NCBI GenBank assembly: GCA_049414405.1
Contig: JBMSAQ010000027.1
Span: 1 to 12,858 of the forward strand
Reading direction: 5' to 3'
Origin: Candidatus Nanopusillus sp.
GTDB taxonomy: Archaea > Nanobdellota > Nanobdellia > Nanobdellales > Nanobdellaceae
Length of the DNA: 12,858 bases
Every line of letters starts with the position of its first letter. Positions within the stretch are counted from its first letter, which is position 1. The notes beneath the pieces are model-generated. The model was not told the DNA's origin. It was given only the letters and a program-made list of their open reading frames with translations, and ran no database searches. Shown in pieces: positions 6,636 to 12,858 of this stretch. The translations under genes and the position numbers were made by a program.

Positions 6636-8222
6636 ATGGGCTTTCCGGTTGATATAGACTTTTTAAAGAATAATATAGAATTATATAAAGAAACATTTAG
6701 AAAAAGAGGTTTGGACGAAAACATTGTAGATAGAGCAATTGAATTGGATAATAGAAGAAGAGAATTACAGAAAGAATTGGATAAGTTAAGATATAAGAAA
6801 AATATGTTATCAAAATTTTATGGATCTATTATTCAATATCTAAATGGAAAAATAGATAGAAATACACTAGTTAAAGTTGCAATAGAAATTGGATATGATA
6901 TACATGAAGGAAATGTTTCAGAAGAATTATTAAATAAATTAAAGGAAGATATAAAAGATTTGGATGAAGAAATAAAGAAAAAGGAAGAGGAATTTAATAA
7001 TATAGAAAATAATTTGATAGATTTATTATGGAGTTTTCCAAATCTATTATCAAATGAAGTTCCTTTTGGGGATGAAAATAAAAATACACCTGTAAAATTT
7101 TGGGGAATTCCTCGGGTATATGATATAAATTTATTTAAAGAACAAACTGAAAAGTTTGGATGGAAGATTGTTGAATTAAATGAAATATTAAATAATAAAG
7201 AATATGAAAAATATATAAAAGATAGAAAACTTCTTGAAGAATTAAATAAAATATTAAATTATGAAGAAGATTTTAAGGAAATAAACTTTAATGATGTATT
7301 AGATTTTGATAAACTAAATAAGGATAAAATTGTCGTATATAAGAAGGTAAATCATGAATTAAAACACCAATATGATATATTAAAAGAATTTAATTTAGCA
7401 GATACAGATATTGCTGGAGAAGTTTCCGGTTCTAGATTTTATTTTGAATTTAATATATCATCTTTATTAGATTTGGCATTAAGTATAGAGGGTGTAAAAT
7501 ATATGATAAATAAAGGCTATAAATTTGCAATACCTCCGTATATGTTAAAAAAGGACATATTGGAAGGAATAATAACATTGGATGATTTTGCAGATATGAT
7601 GTATAAAATTGATGGAGAAGATCTATATTTAATAGGAACTGCTGAACATCCAATAACCGCATTATATTATAATAGAATTATTGAAGAAGGTCAATTACCA
7701 ATTAAGATTGTTGGTTGGAGTCCTTGCTTTAGAAAAGAGGCTGGTGCGCACGGTAAAGATACAAAAGGATTATTTAGACTACATCAATTTCACAAAGTTG
7801 AACAATATATATTTTGTAAACCAGAGGATTCTGAAAAATACCATATAGAATTAATAAAAAATGCAGAAGAATTTTTAGAGAAATTAAATATACCATATAG
7901 AACAGTTATAATCGCTTCAATGGATATGGGTAAAAGGAATTATAAACAATATGATATTGAAGGATGGTTCCCTGGACAAAATAAATATAGAGAATTGATA
8001 TCTGGATCAAATGTAACAGATTGGCAGGCAAGAAGGTCAAACATTAGATATAGAAAAAAGGATAATAGTTTAGATTATGTCCATACATTAAATTGTACAT
8101 TATCCGCAATACAAAGAACATTGGTATGTATATTAGAAAATAATTATGATTACAAAAATAACAGAATATTAATACCTGAGATATTAAGGCAATATATTGG
8201 AAAAGATTTTATAACAAAATAG
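6636..8222 (+). CDS. serS: Seryl-tRNA synthetase, canonical (non-methanogen) type, with lineage-specific insertions
   Basis: Class II motifs are present: SGSRFYF, LIGTAEHPI, FRKEAGAHGKDTKGLFRLHQFHKVEQ, NVTDWQARR and TLNCTLSAIQRTLVCILENN. The N-terminus is a coiled-coil arm. At 528 aa it is longer than the roughly 420-460 aa usual for this enzyme. Confidence 0.93.
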   Translation: MGFPVDIDFLKNNIELYKETFRKRGLDENIVDRAIELDNRRRELQKELDKLRYKKNMLSKFYGSIIQYLNGKIDRNTLVKVAIEIGYDIHEGNVSEELLNKLKEDIKDLDEEIKKKEEEFNNIENNLIDLLWSFPNLLSNEVPFGDENKNTPVKFWGIPRVYDINLFKEQTEKFGWKIVELNEILNNKEYEKYIKDRKLLEELNKILNYEEDFKEINFNDVLDFDKLNKDKIVVYKKVNHELKHQYDILKEFNLADTDIAGEVSGSRFYFEFNISSLLDLALSIEGVKYMINKGYKFAIPPYMLKKDILEGIITLDDFADMMYKIDGEDLYLIGTAEHPITALYYNRIIEEGQLPIKIVGWSPCFRKEAGAHGKDTKGLFRLHQFHKVEQYIFCKPEDSEKYHIELIKNAEEFLEKLNIPYRTVIIASMDMGKRNYKQYDIEGWFPGQNKYRELISGSNVTDWQARRSNIRYRKKDNSLDYVHTLNCTLSAIQRTLVCILENNYDYKNNRILIPEILRQYIGKDFITK

Positions 8223-8294
8223 CCGCGGAGGGGATTCGAACCCCTGATAAGAGGGTCTGCAGCCCTCCCCCTTAGGCCTCTCGGGCACCGCGGC
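8221..8294 (-). tRNA. tRNA-Cys (anticodon GCA), 74 nt, with no encoded CCA and no intron
   Basis: The reverse complement is GCCGCGG-TG-CCCG-AGAGGCCTA-AGGG-G-GAGGG-CTGCAGA-CCCTC-TTATC-AGGGG-TTCGAAT-CCCCT-CCGCGGC-T. It folds as a 7-bp all-G:C acceptor stem, a 5-bp anticodon stem, loop CU-GCA-GA, a 5-bp T stem with a TTCGAAT loop, and discriminator U73, which is a CysRS identity element. It has 51/74 G+C (69%). Confidence 0.9.
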
Positions 8295-8297
8295 ATA

Positions 8298-8915
8298 TTA
8301 GATTTTTAATATTCTCTTATTATAAAATTTCTTATTATTTATATCATAATCATATAAAATAGGAACTGCAGGTTCGACTTCTAAATCTAATATTTGTTCT
8401 TCATTTAAATTTTCGATATATGAAATAATTGATCTTAAGCTATTTCCGTGTGCAACAACCAAAACATTTTTATTTAATTCTAAATCTAATTTTATTGCTC
8501 TTTCAAAAAAAGGTATGGTTCTTTTTTGAGTATCTTCCAAGCTTTCTCCATTTGGAGGTCTAGCTTTTAAACTTCTTCTCCATAATTTTACTTGTTCTTT
8601 TCCATATATTTCTGCAACTTTGTCTTTATTCAATCCTTGTAAATCTCCATAATGTCTTTCATTTAAGCTAATATCTTTTATTACTGGGATATTATATCCT
8701 AATGTTTTTATAATAATTTCTAATGTTTCAATAGCCCTCGATAATAAACTTGTATATGCAATATCAAATTTTATATTTAAACTTTTTAATATTTCTCCAG
8801 CTTTTTTTGCCTGTCCCCTTCCTTCATCTGTTAATGGTACATCCACCCATCCAGTAAACCTATTTTCTTTATTCCATAAAGATTCTCCGTGTCTTATTAA
8901 ACATAGTACAGGCAT
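8298..8915 (-). CDS. gpmA: 2,3-bisphosphoglycerate-dependent phosphoglycerate mutase (histidine phosphatase superfamily), short form
   Basis: LIRHGESLWNKENRFTGWVDVPLTDEG, AYTSLLSRAI, LNERHYGDLQGLNK, WRRS and VVAHGNSLRS are near-identical in pattern to E. coli GpmA. At 205 aa it lacks the ~25-aa loop found between WRR and the AHGNSLR segment in long-form enzymes. Confidence 0.9.
   Translation of the reverse strand: MPVLCLIRHGESLWNKENRFTGWVDVPLTDEGRGQAKKAGEILKSLNIKFDIAYTSLLSRAIETLEIIIKTLGYNIPVIKDISLNERHYGDLQGLNKDKVAEIYGKEQVKLWRRSLKARPPNGESLEDTQKRTIPFFERAIKLDLELNKNVLVVAHGNSLRSIISYIENLNEEQILDLEVEPAVPILYDYDINNKKFYNKRILKI
8319..8326 (-). promoter_or_regulatory. TATA-like box candidate for tRNA-Cys, located inside the last codons of gpmA
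   Basis: On the minus strand, TTTATAAT spans -32..-25 relative to tRNA G1 and is preceded by a purine-rich AAGAAA. It coincides with gpmA codons F-Y-N. It could be a chance AT-rich match. Confidence 0.25.
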
Positions 8916-8966
8916 TTTATAAATTTCTTTATCAATATTTATTTACCTTAATAATAAGTATCATAT
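8916..8966. promoter_or_regulatory. 51-nt divergent intergenic region between gpmA (-) and the 203-aa ORF (+)
   Basis: A single AT-rich element, ATATTTATTTA (about 8934..8946), sits roughly 20-30 nt from both start codons. This is compatible with a shared bidirectional TATA region and leaderless or near-leaderless mRNAs. Confidence 0.25.
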
Positions 8967-9578
8967 ATGAATCCAAAGGAAGATCTTGAAAAGAAACATT
9001 TTTATACATATTGCATAAGTGAAAAAGATTTTATAAAAAAGGGAGAAAAAGTAGAATTATTTATATTTTATGAATATATAGAAAAAACATTAAACGAATT
9101 TCCTAAAATAAATGATGAAATTTTTGAAATAATTAGACTATTTTTAAATAACATATATCTATTAATATCGAAACCGGAAGAAAATGAGAAATATTTAAAA
9201 TATGTAATATATATTGAAGAAAAGGCTGAAGAATTGGAAAAAATTGGAAAAGAAAAAATAAAAAATTTTGTAGATTTTTCTAATATAGATGATGAAGAAA
9301 TTAAGAAATTAAATAATTTAAGAATAAATATAAGAATATTGGAGGATTTGTTTTGGTTAGTAGTAAAAAATAAAGAAATACCAAATAATGGTTTATATTT
9401 AGTTATACCACATTTCTTAAATGTATCATCAAAATATATATTTTATCATATTGTGGTTAAATATTATGATAAATTAAAACCAATTAAAAGATTGGATGAT
9501 ATAATGAAATATAATGAAGAAAAATATAGAGAATATTTAAATAAGTATAAAAACAAAAAGCTCGATGAATATATATAA
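8967..9578 (+). CDS. Hypothetical protein (203 aa) that is Lys/Glu/Ile-rich and predicted mostly helical
   Basis: It is a long ORF on the same strand as the methylthiotransferase gene and 23 nt upstream of it. Its codon and amino-acid usage match the neighbours. I recognise no motif. Confidence 0.55.
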   Translation: MNPKEDLEKKHFYTYCISEKDFIKKGEKVELFIFYEYIEKTLNEFPKINDEIFEIIRLFLNNIYLLISKPEENEKYLKYVIYIEEKAEELEKIGKEKIKNFVDFSNIDDEEIKKLNNLRINIRILEDLFWLVVKNKEIPNNGLYLVIPHFLNVSSKYIFYHIVVKYYDKLKPIKRLDDIMKYNEEKYREYLNKYKNKKLDEYI

Positions 9579-9601
9579 AAATTTTTGGAAAAAATTAGAT
9601 C

Positions 9602-10900
9602 ATGAAATTTAGTATAATTACTTTGGGATGTACGTTAAATAAAGCTGAAGGTGAGATAATGAAAAATATACTAATTAAAAAAGGATATCAATATATAGAA
9701 AATCTAGATGAAAGTGAAATATTAATAATAAATACATGTACTGTTAAAGGACCAACAGAATCAAAGATAATAAAATTAATAAATAATTATAAAGATAAAA
9801 AACTAATTTTGGCAGGTTGTTTAGTACAACATCAACCAGAATTATTTAAAGGATATCCATTAATTGGTTTAGATCATATAGATGAAGTAGATAAAGTTTT
9901 AGAAGATTATTTGAATGGAAAAATAGATGTATTAATTGATAGAAAAAATATAAATAAATTATTATTACCTTCTGTAGATCAATATCCAATAAAGACAATA
10001 ATATTGCAAGAAGGATGTTTGTGGAGTTGTCTATATTGTGCTACAAAATTGGCAAGGGGTAATGCCAGGTCGTATCCACCAGAATATATTTATAAAGAAG
10101 TAAGAGATGCAAAACTAAAAGGATTAAAAATTATATATTTTACAGGAACAGATCTAGCAACATATGGTTATGATTTAAATATAGATTTAGCAGATTTATT
10201 ATTTGGATTAAGGGATATTAAAGGAGAATATTATGTAAGGGTTGGAATGGCAAATCCAGGAATTTTAAATAAATTTATTGATAAATTATTAGATTCTTAT
10301 GATAATGAAAATATATTTAAATTCTTTCATATACCAGTCCAATCAGGATCAAATAATGTATTGAAAACAATGGGTAGAGGATATACCATTGAAGATTTTT
10401 ATGAATTAATTAAAAAAATAAGGAAAAGATATTATGAAGGAACAATTGCAACTGATATAATTGTTGGATATCCTACAGAAACTGAAGAAGATTTTAAAAA
10501 AACATTGGAATTAGTTGAAAATGTAAGATTTGATATAATAAATATATCAAGATATTGGTCAAGACCAAAAACATTATCATATAAATTATATAAACAATTA
10601 CCGGGTCGCATTGTAAAGGAAAGATCTAGAAAATTGAAAATTATATTTGATAAATATGCATATGAAAGAAATAAAGAATGGATAAATTGGGAAGGATACG
10701 CAATTGTAGAATCAAAAGGAAAATATGAAAATACATGGATTGCTAGAAACTATGCATATAAACAAATTATAGTAAAATCTGATAAAAATATTTTGGGAAA
10801 GATAATAAAAGTAAAAATTAATAATATTACGTCAGTTGATTTGGGGGGAGAATTATTAGAAATAAAAGAAGAAAATCTATTAGAAAAAACGTTATATTGA
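9602..10900 (+). CDS. Radical-SAM methylthiotransferase of the MiaB/RimO/MtaB family, most likely the archaeal/eukaryal-type tRNA t6A37 methylthiotransferase (CDKAL1/e-MtaB-like)
   Basis: The N-terminal UPF0004 domain has three Cys (ITLGCTLN, INTCTVK, LAGCLVQ). The radical-SAM motif is GCLWSCLYC (C-x3-C-x2-C). HIPVQSGS is present, and the C-terminus is TRAM-like (GYAIVE...IIKVKINN). The substrate assignment is inferred from family distribution in archaea. Confidence 0.85.
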   Translation: MKFSIITLGCTLNKAEGEIMKNILIKKGYQYIENLDESEILIINTCTVKGPTESKIIKLINNYKDKKLILAGCLVQHQPELFKGYPLIGLDHIDEVDKVLEDYLNGKIDVLIDRKNINKLLLPSVDQYPIKTIILQEGCLWSCLYCATKLARGNARSYPPEYIYKEVRDAKLKGLKIIYFTGTDLATYGYDLNIDLADLLFGLRDIKGEYYVRVGMANPGILNKFIDKLLDSYDNENIFKFFHIPVQSGSNNVLKTMGRGYTIEDFYELIKKIRKRYYEGTIATDIIVGYPTETEEDFKKTLELVENVRFDIINISRYWSRPKTLSYKLYKQLPGRIVKERSRKLKIIFDKYAYERNKEWINWEGYAIVESKGKYENTWIARNYAYKQIIVKSDKNILGKIIKVKINNITSVDLGGELLEIKEENLLEKTLY

Positions 10901-10961
10901 TAATTTACTACTAATTTGGTAAAATACTATTTTAAATATGCTATAGTTTATTAAAAAATAT

Positions 10962-12605
10962 ATGGTAGATATAAATATTTTAATAGGTGGTCAGGCTGGT
11001 CAGGGAATAGATTTTGCCGCAGATATAATATCACGAGTATTTATTAAATTAGGATATAATGTATTTAATTATAGATGGTATATGAGTTTAATTAGAGGAG
11101 GACATAATTATAATATCGTAAGTGTATCGAGAGAAAAAATATATGCACCATATTTTGAAGATTTTGATTATATAATTGCGTTTGATCAAAATACAGTAAA
11201 TTTACATAGTAGAAAATTAAAAGAAAATGGATTAATAATTGGACCTAAAAATGTTGTATATAATAAAAAAATTGATGTGGATTTGGATTATTATTATAAA
11301 AAATATAATATTAATAAAAAATATGAAAATACAATCATTTTATCTACATTCTTTAAATATTTAAATGTTGATAAAGAAGTAGTTAGAGAAGTATTTGAAA
11401 AAAGGGTAAAAGATCCTGAAGAATCAAAATTAATTGATATTGTTTATAACGATTTAAATATTAATAGTAAAGAAAATATAGAAAAAAGAATATATAAGAG
11501 GCAATTTTATTTGTCAGGTTCTGAAGGAGTTGCATTGGGAGCAATCGCTGCGGGTTTGGATATATATGTTGCATATCCAATGACTCCAGCTTCTCCAGTT
11601 TTACATATATTAGCATCTCTAAAAGATAAATATAATATTGTAACATATCAACCAGATAATGAAATTGGTGTGATTAATATTGCTTTGGGTGCATCTTATG
11701 CAGGTGCAAAGGTAATGGTTGGGTCTTCTGGAGGTGGTATTGATTTAATGGCGGAGGCAATTAGCTTGGCAGGTATGGCAGAAATTCCCATAGTAATTTA
11801 TTGGGCTCAAAGATATGGACCTTCAACAGGTATGGCAACACACACAGATCAATCAGATCTATTAGAGGCATTAAATATTGGTCATGGAGAATTTCCTAGA
11901 GTTGTTATTGCATCTGGAGATCCTGCAGAAGCCTTTGAAAAGACAATTGAAGCATTTCATATTGCATATAAATTTAATAATCCAGTAATATTATTATCAG
12001 ATCTATTCTTAGCCGAATCAAAAATGAACTTTGATTATATATATGCACCAAACATGGAAATATCAAGATATATAGACTTAGAACCTCCAAAGAACTATAA
12101 AAATTATAAAATAAATGATCAAGGTTATCAATTAAGAGCAATACCTGGTTTTGATGCAATTGTAAAAGCTACATCTTATGAACATGACGAATTTGGTATA
12201 GAAACTGAAAATCATGAAATTGGGCAAAAAATGAGTGAAAAGAGAATGAAAAAATTAGAATCAATTGAAAAAGAAGTAAAAGAATTTGAACCATACCAAA
12301 TATATGGAGAGGGAAATAAGTTAATTGTTTCTTGGGGTTCAAATAAGATGCCAATATTAGAATCATTAAAATATTTAAAAGGATGGAAATATTTGCATAT
12401 ATCTTATTTATCTCCATTTCCAAAAGAAATTAAATATTTATTAGAAGAATCAAGAGAAATAGTATCAATTGAACATAATCTAACAGGACAATTATCAAAA
12501 TTAATAAGACAAGAATTGGGAATTGAAATTGAAAATAAGTTATTAAAACATTCTGGAGAACCGTTTTCAGTTAAGGAAATATTAAATTATGTAAGAAATC
12601 TATAA
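10962..12605 (+). CDS. 2-oxoacid:ferredoxin oxidoreductase large subunit, a gamma-alpha fusion like the Sulfolobus-type OFOR a subunit (KorA-like)
   Basis: The N-terminal gamma-type domain is ILIGGQAGQGIDFAADIISRVFIKLGYNV...IRGGHN. It is followed by the alpha-type domain GSEGVALGAIAAGLDIYVAYPMTPASPV, ALGASYAGAKVMVGSSGGGIDLM, QRYGPSTGMATHTDQSDL and PVILLSDLFL. Confidence 0.88.
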   Translation: MVDINILIGGQAGQGIDFAADIISRVFIKLGYNVFNYRWYMSLIRGGHNYNIVSVSREKIYAPYFEDFDYIIAFDQNTVNLHSRKLKENGLIIGPKNVVYNKKIDVDLDYYYKKYNINKKYENTIILSTFFKYLNVDKEVVREVFEKRVKDPEESKLIDIVYNDLNINSKENIEKRIYKRQFYLSGSEGVALGAIAAGLDIYVAYPMTPASPVLHILASLKDKYNIVTYQPDNEIGVINIALGASYAGAKVMVGSSGGGIDLMAEAISLAGMAEIPIVIYWAQRYGPSTGMATHTDQSDLLEALNIGHGEFPRVVIASGDPAEAFEKTIEAFHIAYKFNNPVILLSDLFLAESKMNFDYIYAPNMEISRYIDLEPPKNYKNYKINDQGYQLRAIPGFDAIVKATSYEHDEFGIETENHEIGQKMSEKRMKKLESIEKEVKEFEPYQIYGEGNKLIVSWGSNKMPILESLKYLKGWKYLHISYLSPFPKEIKYLLEESREIVSIEHNLTGQLSKLIRQELGIEIENKLLKHSGEPFSVKEILNYVRNL

Positions 12606-12858
12606 ATATATAAAATATCTTTTTTAATATTTGAAGTTTGCTATGTATTAATGGGTTTGGAATTTAAAATAAATGATGATATAAAGATTTTTCTTCATCT
12701 AGTAGTATATTTATATTCCTATATTCAAAAATATTAAGATAAATATAAATATCAATTGTAAAATATTGTTCAATGTGTGGCTGGAATAATGGTAATGATT
12801 GGATTATTAATTTGTGCTTTTTCAAAATTTTCAAACACTACAAAGCATATTGCTAATA

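Noticed and set aside
1733-10900. Bud32 (t6A synthesis) and the t6A-methylthiotransferase as a linked t6A/ms2t6A module.
   Set aside because: The two are functionally related, but they lie about 7 kb apart on opposite strands with unrelated genes between them. Nothing in the sequence supports co-regulation.
12673-12700. A possible C/D-box sRNA, based on the C-box-like ATGATGA at 12673..12679 and the GATGA/TCATC inverted repeat.
   Set aside because: There is no CTGA D or D' box at the required spacing on either strand. The stem is only 5 bp and AT-containing. ATGATGA is expected by chance in this composition.
12651-12856. Short plus-strand ORFs downstream of the OFOR gene: 12651..12737 (28 codons) and 12773..12856 (27 codons).
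   Set aside because: They are too short, have no motifs and bear no resemblance to an OFOR beta subunit. They are treated as chance ORFs.
1-12858. CRISPR arrays, long direct or inverted repeats, IS elements, integrases, toxin-antitoxin pairs and other defence or mobile signatures.
   Set aside because: Reading by eye on both strands, I found no regularly spaced repeats, terminal inverted repeats or transposase/integrase/Cas-like ORFs. A computational repeat search would be needed to exclude short or degenerate repeats.

Overview
This is a very AT-rich window: individual 60-nt lines I counted are about 18-25% G+C, rising to about 35-43% only in the first gene. It is extremely compact, with about 95% coding by my tally of the intergenic gaps. 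The gene set is archaeal housekeeping. I support 13 CDS and one tRNA.

Minus-strand genes:
- An Rpp30-like RNase P protein subunit.
- A 60-aa zinc-ribbon protein.
- The KEOPS kinase Bud32.
- A nucleotidyltransferase-fold protein with a helical C-terminal half.
- Archaeal-type PheRS alpha and beta subunits.
- Ribosomal protein eS26.
- tRNA-Cys(GCA).
- A short cofactor-dependent phosphoglycerate mutase.

Plus-strand genes:
- The 3' part of a Tyr/Asn/Gly-rich probable surface glycoprotein, open to the left window edge.
- An unusually long seryl-tRNA synthetase.
- A 203-aa orphan protein.
- A MiaB/MtaB-family radical-SAM methylthiotransferase.
- A gamma-alpha fused 2-oxoacid:ferredoxin oxidoreductase subunit.

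Likely source: the eS26, standalone Bud32, archaeal PheRS and Rpp30-like genes, the overlapping start and stop codons, and a 69% G+C tRNA in roughly 20-25% G+C DNA all point to a small-genome thermophilic archaeon. It could be Nanoarchaeota/DPANN-like, but that is inference and cannot be proven from the window.

I see no CRISPR array, transposon, integrase, toxin-antitoxin pair or recognisable defence island, and no convincing evidence for a new multi-gene system. The points most worth follow-up are:
- tRNA-Cys sits with zero spacer between serS and gpmA, with a TATA-like box inside gpmA codons. This bears on leaderless tRNA transcription versus RNase P processing, given the Rpp30-like gene in the same window.
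- An uncharacterised KNTase-like nucleotidyltransferase is embedded in a translation operon.
- The surface protein is truncated at the window edge.
- The OFOR alpha-type subunit has no adjacent beta subunit and is followed by the longest non-coding tract in the window.
- SerRS and Bud32 carry lineage-specific Lys/Glu/Asn-rich insertions.
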